Assembly (NCBI GenBank): GCA_964016885.1
Contig: CAXHJY010000894.1
Location: forward strand, 1-64,000
DNA length: 64,000 nucleotides
Source: Eledone cirrhosa
Lineage: Eukaryota
Reading direction: 5' to 3'
Shown here: piece by piece, positions 36,033 through 48,589 of the stretch
How positions within the stretch are numbered: position 1 is the stretch's first letter
Layout: the number at the start of each line of letters is the position of its first letter
Program-made: the position numbers and the translations under genes
Notes under the pieces: generated by a model
What the model was told of the DNA's origin: nothing
Databases searched by the model: none
Seen by the model: only the letters and a program-made list of their open reading frames with translations

Positions 36033-36131
36033 CACCACTATCACTACTACTACTATCACGACTACTACTACCACCACTATTACCATCACCACTATCACTA
36101 CCACCACTACTACTATCACCACTACTACTAT

Positions 36132-36176
<45 letters not shown>

Positions 36177-36276
36177 CACTATCACTACTACTATTATCAC
36201 TGCCACTACTACTACTGCTACCACTACCACCACCACCACTACTGCTGCTACCACCACTACCACAACAACAACAACC
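35993..36276. repeat. (ACT/ACC/ATC)n trinucleotide microsatellite
   Basis: Directly visible; the poly-T/V/S ORFs are artefacts. Confidence 0.93.
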
Positions 36277-36366
36277 CATAGTTTTAAGAAAAATAAATAT
36301 TTGGTTTCACCATATTTATTTCTTCACCAAACTCTAAAAACTGCATGCATACATATATATATATAT

Positions 36367-36560
36367 AACGAAGGAAATGTGGTAAGGAACCAGGTGGACC
36401 ATAACGCACCAAAGTACTCAATACTTAGGGTAGTAGAGTGGGTAATAGGAACAAGTAAGACCCCGACGGCTGAGCTCAAGCCGTTTCGACGGCTAATTCT
36501 GTACAGAATTAGCCGTCGAAACGGCTTGAGCTCAGCCGTCGGGGTCTTACTTGTTCCTAT
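36367..36560 (-). mobile_element. Hairpin-plus-tail mini-element: perfect 116-bp palindrome (36445-36560) and 78-nt tail, inserted in (TA)n
   Basis: Centre CTGT|ACAG; a second diverged copy lies at 54239-54432. Confidence 0.8.
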
Positions 36561-36572
36561 ATATATATATAC

Positions 36573-36733
36573 ATGTTGTTATGCTTTGGGAGGGTCATAT
36601 TGCCAATAAGAAACAAACGCACCAGTTGCTTTCACTCCAATTTATTATAAATTAAATTTATAAATTTCCGGTTATCGGTTTCAACACACGTTTTCAGATA
36701 AAGAATCTTGCTAAACAAATTCAGAAACGAAAT
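36573..36733. mobile_element. Rearranged PLE-A terminal fragment (inverted pLTR piece joined to the tail)
   Basis: 36573-36673 is the reverse complement of ~12650-12766; 36674-36733 matches 12765-12824 directly. Confidence 0.85.
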
Positions 36734-36780
36734 ATATATACATGATTTCTTACAAATCAAATAGTTCTAGTCAGAATAAA

Positions 36781-36965
36781 ATAATTGTTTCTACTTTTGG
36801 CACAAGGCCAGCAACTATCCCAGTACATTACTGGTACTTTATTTTATCGACCCCATAAGGATAAAAGGCAAAGTTAACCTCGGCGGGATTTGAACTCAGA
36901 CCATAAAGGGCTGAAACTCTTTGCTGCAAAGCATGGCATCCGACTCTCTACCGATACTGCCAAAT
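36781..36965 (-). mobile_element. tRNA-derived SINE family B
   Basis: Reverse complement has TGGCAGTATCGG A box, GAGTTCAAATCC B box and GCCTTTxATCCTTAxGGGGTCGATAAAATAAAGTACCAG centre. Confidence 0.85.
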
Positions 36966-37054
36966 AATGATGCCTGCACTCTACCAATGTATTGAGTACC
37001 TTTTTAAACTGTGGTCACCTCTCAATCCCCATCAGGAAACTACCCATAATTATA

Positions 37055-37396
37055 TCATCATTCATCATCATCATTTCATTTTACGTCCACTTTTTCCCTG
37101 CTTGCAAGGGTGGGACGGGAACTGATTCTGGCTTGATTTCTACAGCTGGATGCCCTTCCTAACACCAACCTCATTTACAGTGAGTGCTGGGTGTTTTTTT
37201 GCCGTGGCACCTCCACGACCACTTTGCAGTGGAATGATAGGGACCCCAGTTCCTATCATCTCATTTCTACAGCTGAGTAAACTGGAGCAATGTGAAATAA
37301 AGTGTCTTGAAACAACACATCACCCGGTCTGAGAATTGAACTCACAACCTTTCGATTGCAAGCCCAATGCTCTAACCACTAAGCTATGTGCCTCCA
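37055..37396 (-). mobile_element. tRNA-derived SINE family A
   Basis: Reverse complement of 33375-33710 with a small deletion. Confidence 0.9.
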
Positions 37397-37729
37397 TTAT
37401 ATATATGGATATATATATATATGTGTGTGTGATCATCATCATCTTCGTTTTTATATTGACTTTTTCAAGCAATATTTTGCAGCTGGAAGCCTTTCCTAAC
37501 ACTAAACCTTTTAACCATGTCTTACAATCCAGAGGAATACAGGGGATACAGTGTATCTATTTTAAACCAAATACACCTAGCCAATACAGTGACAAATTTA
37601 GAGTACTGGTAGGGGTTCACCAGGGCTCAGTCCTTAGCGCCGTCTGTTTATCATAATCTTCCATGTATTAAAATGTTGCTCTCTCAGCCATTACACTTCA
37701 GAATCCCCCTGAACTGTTGCAAGTCAACA

Positions 37730-38260
37730 GCTACAGGGGAAAAAAGGATGTCGACTCTGAAGGACAATGTCCAATCCCAGAGAGACAATGTCCAAAAGAG
37801 GAAGGCCTAGGTGTAGTGGTCAGCACAGTGACTAGTGGAGGTGAACACAATATATATAATGAGAGGAGAAAGTGGTGAACAAGTTGAGTGTCTGAGTGAA
37901 GGTGACTGACATAAGACCAACTAGCTTCAAGGAACAGAGGCATTTCTAGTAGCAGTAGAGATAGTAGATATAATGAGGGAGAGGAGACAGCATTTGGGTC
38001 AGACATTGTAGAATGCATGTGTGTGTACAATTTCATGACAATCAGTTGAGTTGCTTTTGTTTGGATGCAGTCTGGGATGTGTGTGCGTTTGTGGAGGAGG
38101 GGTGAGCATAACTCTATTGTGGGCCTCACACATGCTTTGTAGAGAGTTTGTAACTAGTTTTCAGTAAAATATTTTCTGGTTTTGAAGACGAAGGTCAGTC
38201 TTTGAAGCACAGTATTTGCTATATTGATGAAGGCTGTGCCAATAATATCTTTAAGAAAGA
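37730..38260 (-). pseudogene. Decayed CR1/L2-group LINE 3' fragment
   Basis: Minus frame RKYF...LYKACVRPTIELCSP...IQTKA resembles the LINE RT C-terminus. Confidence 0.6.
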
Positions 38261-39569
38261 TATGAATATCACAACATCATCCTTACACTCCACCTCATTA
38301 TAAATGTGAAGCTTCTAGCTTATATATGAAATCAATAAAAGATCCAGTTTATCTGATTACTTATTTAACTGGGGAGTATTTTTGCCATTTCATTTTGTCT
38401 GACACTCAAACAAATTTTGCCCAATCTACCTTCATTTTGACAGTGAATGCTTTTCATCAATTGGTCAAACCTTCTTTTGTTGTCAGAGCAACCCTGTTAA
38501 GAGCATAGCAATAATATTAAAGTCCTCCTCACCCAATAACCTGGATAAATGTGTCCTTTATTTTCTTCTCATTTTGTTTTCATCATCAATTGCCTTTCCT
38601 GCACGTGCTGACTCAGGCATCATCATCATCATATGTCTGTTTTCCCTACTCAAGCGGAGCCACCGACCTCTGTTGTCCAGGGGGAGTTTTTTACTTTTAG
38701 TTTTCTCCTGTAACTCCTGAGGAAATCATGTGTGAACCGTATTGATATACAGTGGTTCTAGGGCATTTTTTAAAACCTAATGTAACCCATCTCCTCTCCA
38801 GGTCTGAATACAGCAGGTTTCTTCTAGAGAAGGAAAGAAAGAGAGAGAATGGAAGCTTTACATGCAATCAAACGTTTTAACAAGTACATTTTATCATGGC
38901 ACTAACCCTAGGGAAGTTTGTCATATCTTTGGTTTAGCTGAAGAGCCTTACTGACCTTTTGTTTTCTATGAGTAAATGCCCTTCTTATCAGCAACCACTT
39001 TATAGAATGTATTGGGTGGTCATTTATCATGTAGATCACCAACAGTAGGGAGGCAGTTTATGACAAATGCAATGAGTGGGTTAAGGGCCTGTTTTAAAAT
39101 TGCTTTTATTTTCACTGTTAGCCAACCAACCGTTACTGCTCTTTACTGTAACACAGCCAAAGCTGTGTTTGCTGAATAAATCATTATTTCATTATACGAT
39201 GCTTTAATCAGCTAGAAAGCATAACATTTACTTTCAGTGCCTTATGAGTGAGTGAATATGTGAGAGGGAGAGATTGTGTGTGTGTGTGTATGTGTGGAAA
39301 ATACTACTGCTATTAAAACAAATGACTCTATAGCTACATCCAAACACTATACTCATTTCAAGAAACAACTTTATCATATAGACCGTTTCATTTAGTGTAT
39401 ATATGTGTTTGTACATGTATGTGTGCTTGTATGTATGTGTGTTTGTGTGTGTGCATGCACGTATGTGTGCATGGGTATATATGTGTGTGTGTATTTATGC
39501 AAATAGTAAATGAATAAACAACACAGTAAAATGATACAGTACAATAAAGAGATATATTAGTTTAATGCT

Positions 39570-39824
<255 letters not shown>

Positions 39825-40522
39825 TATATAATACAATGGAGTAGCGTCAGATCAATGTTGTTTGATTTACCTTGATCGGTCAGATCTGCCAATACTGTAA
39901 CAGGTAAGTGTTATACTATTGGCAGATATGTTTATTGATGAATTGAAATAATATTAATAATGATAGATAAATAAAATAAAATAAAATAAATGGAGCCTTT
40001 AGGCAAAAATTATTACATTTATCATATTTGATGACATATTCTACCCAGTGGTAGTGCTGGTACTACAACAGAAAGAACCCAGTTCACCCTGTAAGGTGGT
40101 AGTGTTGGTTTCATGACAAAAAACACAATCCACTCTCTATGGTGGTCGTGCTGGGGCTACAACAGAAAGAACCCAGTTCAGTCTGTATGGTGGTAGTTAT
40201 GATGCCATGGTCAAAAAGGACTTAGTCCATCCTGTAAGATGGTAGTGGCGGTGTCATGTAAAATGCTCCCAGTACACAATGTAAATTGGTTGGAGTTAGG
40301 AATGGCATTCAGCCATAGAAACCGAGCCAAAAATGTAACATATGAGCATAATGTGGTCACCTGATCTGTCTCACCTCAGAATGTGACAACCTGTCTTGCC
40401 TATGCAAGCTTGGAAAATAGATGTTTGGGGATGATGATGATGATGTTATTGATGATTTTCCATACTTAATTCTGGAATATTGTTGGAGCAATTCATTTTC
40501 TAGCTGGACACTTCTACATAAA

Positions 40523-40652
40523 TATGGGTGTATTAAAAAGTATCATCTGATTTCAAAAGACTATATTTTTTAAACAAATATAGCCTTTAGAAACCAGATG
40601 ATTGTTTTTCATACACTTTTGAAATCAGATGATTCTCTTTGATACCCCATGT
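40523..40652. mobile_element. Old MITE-like element with ~35-bp imperfect TIRs
   Basis: ATGGGTGTATTAAAAAGTATCATCTGATTTCAAAAG versus CTTTTGAAATCAGATGATTCTCTTTGATACCCCAT; TA nearby on both sides. Confidence 0.45.
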
Positions 40653-40844
40653 ATATGAAAAGTAAATGAAGAAACATCATAATTACTAAGAGGAATCAGA
40701 ACTTCACTTTTCCCGCAACACAGTAATTGAAGCAAAATTTCAATTTAACCCTTTTGTTACTATGTTTCTAATGAAATGCACTCTATTTCAATTGATTAAT
40801 GAATAACTTTGAGTGATTTACTAAAATTATTATTTCTTTACTAA

Positions 40845-42740
40845 AGGCGGTGGAAGAATGTTTAGAATGTTGGGCAAAATGCTTTGCAGCATTTAGTTAC
40901 GCCCCTTTATGTTCTGAGTTCAAATCTCTCCAAGGTCAACTTTGCCTTTCATCCTTCCATGATTGATAAAATAAAGTACCAATCATGCACTGGGGCTGAT
41001 GTAATAGACTTTCCTTCCTTGTACTTTTCAATAATGTCTTGCTAATGTGGTTCATGTGGTTTGTTAATTCATATGTTCATAGTATCTTTACTAGTGGACA
41101 GATCATTGTGAACATTTTCAGTAAAGACTTTAATGTATAATGTGATGCAGTCACAGTGCTGTTTTGTTCTTTTTGAGAATGTCATGCTAATGAGGTTTCA
41201 TGTGATACAGGACGTTAAGAGTTAATGCTCTCCTCAATCTTTCTTTATTAGAATTGTATCACTCTGGAACCACTATTCCACCCATGGACACTCCCTTCCT
41301 TTCCTCTTGCAAATACCCTGCAAGAGTTGAAGCCAGAACTCCCCAGTTGTCCCTACATGGTAATCTGGAAAGGTCTAGAAGGATCTGTGCTTACTACGCT
41401 TTGTTTATTTCAGGAAAATAAGGTTCTATAGTTACTGCCTTTCTTATTTGTGAAAATAAGAATCTATAGTTACTGCCCTTCTTATTAAAAAAATTAAGGA
41501 TCTATGCTTCCTACTCTTCTTATTCAGGGCATCCAGCTGTAGAAACTTTGCAAAAAATGGATCATATGAACAAAATGTGGTTCCCTAACTGTGTGAACTT
41601 GTGCCAGCATGGAATAGACATAAAATGATGGTGGTGGGGTGGTAGTGTGATGATGATAATGATGATAAATGAGACATAGCATATTGATGTTAAGCAATCT
41701 ACAAAGAATGAAATAAGTTCTAATTTAGGCACAAAGCCAGCAATTTGTGGGAAGGGAAAGTTTTTTATTTCAGCCTCAGTACATGACTGGTGCTTTATTT
41801 TATTGACCCTGAAAAAGATGAAGAGCAAAGTTGATCTCACTGGAATTTAAACTCAGAATGTAAAGATACAGAACAATAGCATTTTATTTGATGCTCTACC
41901 ATTTCTGCCAACCCTTTCTTTCATCTAATATTGATTTCTAATATAGGCACAAAGCCAGGGAATTTGGAGAAGTTGATTAAATTAACCCTGTATTTGACTG
42001 GTATTTCATGTTATCAACCCCAGAAGGATGAAAGGTAAAATTGATTTTGGTGGGATTTGAACTCAATGTAAAGAGACACAACTGAATGTTGCAAAGTATT
42101 TTGTTCAATCAGAAACAAGATAATAGTTTCTGATTTTATTTCAAAATACTCAAATATATTCCTAGAATAAAATTACATAAAAATAATAAAGAATTTAATA
42201 CTTAGTCAATCATACAGAAAAAGAAAGCAGTATTGGAAAGGACTATAAATGCCATAAATGAGAGGAAAATGAGGGAAAGACCAACAAAAGAAAGAAAGGG
42301 AAAGGACGACAGACTCTACACCTATGTTAGAGTGGTGTTTTGGCTTCAGACAATGGCCAGGGGAGGGGGGGGGGAAGTTGATTAAATCAATGTGTTACTG
42401 GTACTTTATTTTATCGCCCCCACGTAATGGTGAAAAGCAAAGTTAATCTCGGTGGGATTTAAACTCAGACCATAAAGTTCAAATCCCACCGAGGTTAACT
42501 TTGTCTTTCATGAGGTCAATAAAATAAAGCACCAGTAATGTACTGGGATAATTGCTAGCTGTGTGCCAAATCTAGAAACAATTATTTTGTTTGGACAGTG
42601 GAGAGTAGTGGATTGGCAGTATCAGTAGAAAGTTGGACAATATGTCCTATATAAAGGGACATAACTATAGTTACATCCCTTTACGTTCGGAGTTCAAATT
42701 CTGCAAGGTTAGCTTTGCTTTTCATCATTTTGGGTGTCAA
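40845..42740. mobile_element. Cluster of old SINE family B copies (about 40845-41010 +, 41715-41910 -, 41935-42105 -, 42350-42470 -, 42476-42590 +, 42600-42740 +)
   Basis: Repeated GAGTTCAAAT/AACTTTGCCTTTCATCC/AATAAAGTACC motifs and their complements. Confidence 0.7.
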
Positions 42741-44734
42741 TGCCAAACAAAATACTGACATTCAGTTAGGACAGAAAGGCAAGGAGATCAGGTGTTAAGC
42801 ATGGGTTGTCTGTAACAAGATGCATGAAGCAATTCTCTGAAACAATGGCTGAGAAGAGAGGGGACAATGAAGTGTATAAGAAGGTTGTTAAATAGACCTA
42901 GGAAGAGATTAATTATGAGGAATTTGAGTAGGTAAAGCAAGAGTATAATTCTAGAAGATTCATAGAAAAGATTATTGAAACAAATCAAAGCTGAAAGTGG
43001 TAGATAATGGCGGTGGTAGTGGTGACGATGGTGGTAGTGCTAGTGGTAGCTGTGGTGGTGGCAGTAGTGAGTAGTGTTGTTGATGGTGATAATGTTGTTG
43101 TTGTGTGAAGTCTGAAGTATGTGAGCAGCTGGTGAGTTTTAAGAGATGTTGTGGTGAAAATATTAGATATATTACAGTCTGGATGAAGATGATCCTGTTT
43201 AATCTAGTTATAGATCTTCACAGTGGGGGGGGGGGGGTCAGGTGAATAATGGTTTGTGTGTGTGTGTGTATATATATTATATATATATATATGTGTGCGT
43301 GTTTCTCTCTTCTTCACAGTCACTAGCATTTGGACAATGGTGCGTATGTCTCTCTCTATCTCATCTGGACAATGGTGTGTATGTATGTCTGTTTCTCTAT
43401 CTCATCTAGAAAATGGTGTGTATGTATATACATATCTCTCTCTCATCTGGAAAATGGTGTGTATGCCTGTATGCTTCTGTCTGCCCCCTGCCCCCTCTAA
43501 TCTGCTGACTGTTTTTAAAGGGTGTTTAAAGATCAGATAGATACACATATATAGTTACATGCACTCACACACATGCAGTTACATACATGCAGTCACATAC
43601 ATAAATATACATAGTCACACACACACACATACACTCAGACACATAGATGCTCATACTTAGGCACACACACAGAACACACATACATCCATAGACACACTTA
43701 TACAGACGTGCACACAGGCATATGGATAGGCATATGTGCCAGCATACATACATACTTGCCCTCCCATGAAGATACTCGTAGTCACATATTTGCAGATATT
43801 CACATAGGTGGATGTGAGCATATACACATTATCAGAGACATATATACACAGATATATACATTGCACCCACATACATGCGCATGTGCATTCACGGCCACTA
43901 TAAAATTACACTCAACCCACACCAGCAGTGCTGGTACCACTAAAAAAGCATCCAGTCCACCCTATTAGATAGTAGTAAGGGTAGGAAATGCTGGGAAGCA
44001 ATTGGCATTAGGAAGAGTATCTATCCATAGAAACCATTCCCAAAATGTATTGTAGGAGAAAGACACTGTTGTCTAGCCCATGCAAGCATGGAAAATAGAC
44101 ATAAAACAGTGATGGTGATACATATACACACACAAATATGACAAATGGACTTCTACAGTTTCTACCAAATTTCACTGAGGCTATTGTAGAAAAACAGTTA
44201 CCCAAGGTGACATCTCTTGGTTGCGAAGTGAACTCCTTAACCACACAGCCATGCCTGCACGACACCTATGTTTATTTCATTTCATTGTCATTACAGTTAT
44301 TTTGTGTAAACATAAAAATAAATGGCTGTTATCATGGAACAGTAACTGTTAGAGTTAAGATATTATAAGACCCTCTGGATGCAGTGAATTCAAATATTAC
44401 TGCATCAATGTTCTTGTGCATGTGGTAATTATGTGTGAAATTTAAAATCATCAGGTATTAAAAACCAAGTGTTAGATAACAAGCAAGAAAACTGAGAATA
44501 AATAAGAATCTCTTTATATTTACTCTACATAAGGTTAATGTAATTACTTTACGATGTAGACAGTCGTAAATGCAATAGTTCCAATAAAATAATGTAATGT
44601 GGTGTGTGCCTTTGTTTTGGTGTAAACATTAATGAATGCTCAGCGAAACCATAAATGCCTTTGTGAAAGCATGATTCTTATGTATCAAAAGGCATATAAT
44701 ATTAGTGTGTTGAAAGAATCCATTATAGGCAAGA

Positions 44735-45305
44735 AAACACGGTGGATTGGCAAAATCGTTAGAGCGTCAAATAAAAGGCTATGCACATTTGTTCTTGCTC
44801 TTTACATTTTGAATTTAAATCATGTCAAGGTCAACTTTGCCTTTTATCCTTCTGGGATTATCAAAGTACCTGTCACATCAATCGACTTTACCCTCCACAC
44901 AAATTGTTGGCATTGTGCCTAAATTAGAAATCATTATTATAGGTCAGACATGCTTTCCAGCATAGTTACGTCCCTTTACGATCTGAGTTCAAATCCCGCC
45001 GAGGTTAACTTTGCCTTTCATCCTTACGGGGTCGATAAAATAAAGTACCAGTAATACACTGGATAATTGCTGGCCTTGTGCCAAAAGTACAAACAATTAT
45101 TATAGGTAAGAGTGGTGGATTGGCAGTATCGGTAGAGGGTCGGACGCCATGCTTTGCAGCATAGTTACGGTCCTGTATGGTCTGAGTTCAAATCCCGCCG
45201 AGGTTAACTTTGCCTTTCATCCTTACGGGGTCGATGAAATAAAGTACCAGTAATGCACTGGGATAATTGCTGGCCTTGTGCCAAAAGTAGAAACAATTAT
45301 TATAG
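44735..45305 (+). mobile_element. Three head-to-tail SINE family B copies
   Basis: Units at about 44740-44940 (old), 44950-45102 (5'-truncated) and 45110-45302 (full); each is followed by ATTATTATAGGT. Confidence 0.85.
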
Positions 45306-46431
45306 GTAAAAAAGGGGCTTGCAAAGATATAATTTTAATTGGGGTAGAACAGGAAAGATTTCTTAGATCACTTCTTGTCCTAAGGTTGGTTCAGTCCATT
45401 CTACATGATGTTTATCTTTGTTGTTTAGCATCAAATCACCCCTGATGAAGCTCACCTATGATCAAAAGCATTCCATTATTTTCCTGGCATAGTGCACTTA
45501 GGATCATATTATTCAGTGTGTCATTCAACTTTTAACATTTTTGTTATCATATTTCTAATAAAAGACACTATCTATGATTATCAAATCATTTTGAAAATAA
45601 TCAAGAATTTGGAGAGATTTAGTTAACTTTCTCATTAATAAATTAGTGTTTGGAAAATAATTTAACAAAATTTCTTACATAAAATTATGATGAAGGTTTT
45701 TAAATAAATACAAATACCCGAAAACTAACAGCTTAATATTATAATACCAGAGGCAATTTTAAGTGGTTTGGTCTGAAAAGGTTTAAGAAGACAGTAGGGT
45801 TTGCTTTGAGGGAGATTTTGGCTGTATTTTCTAACAGGCTGAATAACTATGTAGCGACTCTCTCATCAGTTCATATATGTTTAGGTAAGCCAGCTATCTG
45901 AAAAATAACTAACTACAAGCCAACAAGAAAACCTGTACATGGTTAGCCCTCCTGCTAGAAATAGTAGCTAAATCTCCCTCAAATAAGCAAAACAAAGTGA
46001 TGGTTATGGCATAGGACTGCTCAATCAGAGCTAGCATTTGTATAAACTGCATCAAGAGCTAGCCACCATTCTTTCATCATGGCAAAGTAGCTGACATTAA
46101 CCTTTTGATATTAAACTGCCTCTGATTCTACAAGCTGTTTATTTTAAAGTATTTCTCATTATCATCATCATCATTTAATAACCACTTTCCCTGCTAAGAA
46201 GAATTGAATGGGTCATCACAGACCAAATTAGTACTTAATCAGAGCTACCTTCCATCAGAATTTTATTTAAGAACCTTTAAGTTATGTTGTAGACACCAGA
46301 TTAATAATTGTAAAGTTAGTTATATCATCAAATCCTACCAAATTCTTGACTATCTAAACTATAATAAAGTAAGAAGTGTGGGACTGCGTACGGTTTATAT
46401 TTTTTTATCCCCTTAGTAAAATAAGTTGGAT

Positions 46432-46631
46432 TACTTTGAATAAATAATTGTTTCTACTTTAGGCACAAGGCCAGCAATTACCCAGTACATTACTGGTACT
46501 TTATTTTATCGACCCTGTAAGGATGAAAAGCAAAGTTAACCTCGGCGGGATTTGAACTCAGACTGTAAAGAGACGTAACTATGCTAGAAAGCATGGCGTC
46601 CAACCCTCTACCGATACTTTGAATAAATAAT
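46432..46631 (-). mobile_element. SINE family B copy with a 17-bp target-site duplication
   Basis: TACTTTGAATAAATAAT at 46432-46448 and 46615-46631. Confidence 0.85.
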
Positions 46632-47183
46632 GAATGAATATTACATAATTTATCCACTAAATTCCGTGGCTGTTCAATAAATATATGTTATTTATTTAAA
46701 GATTCACTTCTTTAAAATTTTCAAATGTCAACACTTCCGGTTAGTGATCGTTTAAATAAATATTCATATATTTCTGTCACTAATTTTCTCCTAATGCAGT
46801 ATATATATAATATTGTCTTTTTTTAATGTATCATGGATTACGTTACTGATTACATAAGAGAGTGTAACACAGTTTTCGTTCAATTTCTGTGTATATTGTC
46901 TATTACAATTTTATTTGATGTATCGTATCTACATGCATATATACTTGCATATAATATCAATATACGCACTACACATTAGCAGAAAACCACTCGAAGGGTG
47001 GTTTTTTCTGCTAGTATATGATAATGAAAGGGTTGAAATGGTGATTTCTTTGAAGAATAGACTTTCATAGTCATTAACAATATTCATAACCTTATGAAAA
47101 CTTTTTCATATCAAAACCAACAGAAAAATCTAAGGGGGAAAAAACAATGAAATTGATATATATTTGTTTTCATCATTTCTCAT

Positions 47184-47365
47184 TGGCAGCATCGGTAGAG
47201 GATCGAACACCACGCTTTGCAGCATAGAATTACGGCTCTTTACGGTCAGAGTTCAAATCCTGCCGTGGTTAACTTTGGCTTTCATCCTTATGGGGTCTAA
47301 AAATAAAGCACCAGTAATGCACTGGGATAATTGCTGGCCTTGTGCCAAAAGTAGAAACAATTATT
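47184..47365 (+). mobile_element. SINE family B copy
   Basis: Same A box, B box and body as 45110-45302. Confidence 0.85.
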
Positions 47366-47681
47366 TCTTTTTAAAATCAACATAGCTCTATTCAAAGTTG
47401 TTAAATGTGTAACCTAGAAAAAGGAAATAAATTTGATTAATTGCCTGTGTGTATAAACTTGTATGTGTATGTGTGAGTATACATGTGACTGTCTGTGTGT
47501 ATGAGTGTATATACGTACTACTATGCCTGTGTATACATGTGTATATGACCGTGTACATATGACTTTTTATGTGTGAGTATACATGTAACTGTGTGTGTAT
47601 GTATATGTGCAACTGTCTGTATGTGCATCTGTGTGTATGTTAGTTAATGTATATGTGTGTTTGTGTATATATATATATATA

Positions 47682-47719
<38 letters not shown>

Positions 47720-48093
47720 CTGATATGCATGCTGAACTGAAAATTGCAATAGATATTTCAATTGCTAATCTATAGTATAATGAAAGTATAGCATTTTTTG
47801 TCCGTCTGTTGCACAAACAGTAAGCTCTGGTAAAAATACTTCTAAAATTAAAAGTAAGATGAGACATCCCACACAAACACTCCAATTGTTCTCTGCCAAT
47901 GGTGTTATCTGACTGCCTCTCCCTTTTTCTATATATTTCTGTGTGTGTGTGTGTGTGTATGACATGGCTTTAAAAATGAAGCTTGTTTGCATAATTGCAA
48001 ACGAATCGAATGTTATTATTAATATTCGGAAAACTCAGATTACATTTCATCATGATTTTATGTCCGCGTTTCCCTGCTTGCAAGGGTGGGACG

Positions 48094-48157
<64 letters not shown>

Positions 48158-48223
48158 ATGATATATATATACATATAAAGTGAAGAATAACATGGTTGGC
48201 AGTACAAACAAGGATATTTATTT

Positions 48224-48334
48224 ACAGTCTTACAATTGTTTCCATGATAGAATTGTCTATAAATTGCTAAATACTGGAGACAGTATAACTCAATTTACAA
48301 TACATCTAAGTTCAATCATTTCATCAGAAACTAT
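48224..48334 (-). ncRNA. Hammerhead ribozyme with a long stem II in a minus-strand PLE pLTR (48178-48574)
   Basis: Reverse complement: ATAGTTT CTGATGA aATGAT...TGTAAATTG..ATACTG tctc CAGTAT..CAATTTATA...ATCATg GAAA CAATTG TA AGACTGT. Palindromic stem III ACAATTGT. Confidence 0.75.
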
Positions 48335-48589
48335 TAAGAAATATAAAATATATGTGTAACGGTAAACTTAAAAATTCAAATTACTACATCAATAATAGTA
48401 TTAATGATAAATAAATAAAGGAAGGGGAACAGATAGAAATGAGAGAGAAAGAAAGAAAATGACAAAAGAAGGAACGAAGATATAGTTAAATGTATAACCG
48501 GCAAAGTTACGAAATCAAACTATCACATCAAATTAAATATAATATTAATAATAATAATAATAATAAAGATATATATAGAAATCGTAGAA

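Noticed and set aside
35952-36609. Mucin-like poly-Thr ORF
   Set aside because: A trinucleotide microsatellite running into mobile-element sequence; no signal peptide or splice support.
39890-39912. Resemblance to miR-8/miR-200 (AATACTGT..CAGGTAA)
   Set aside because: It has an indel relative to the mature sequence and no matching star arm.
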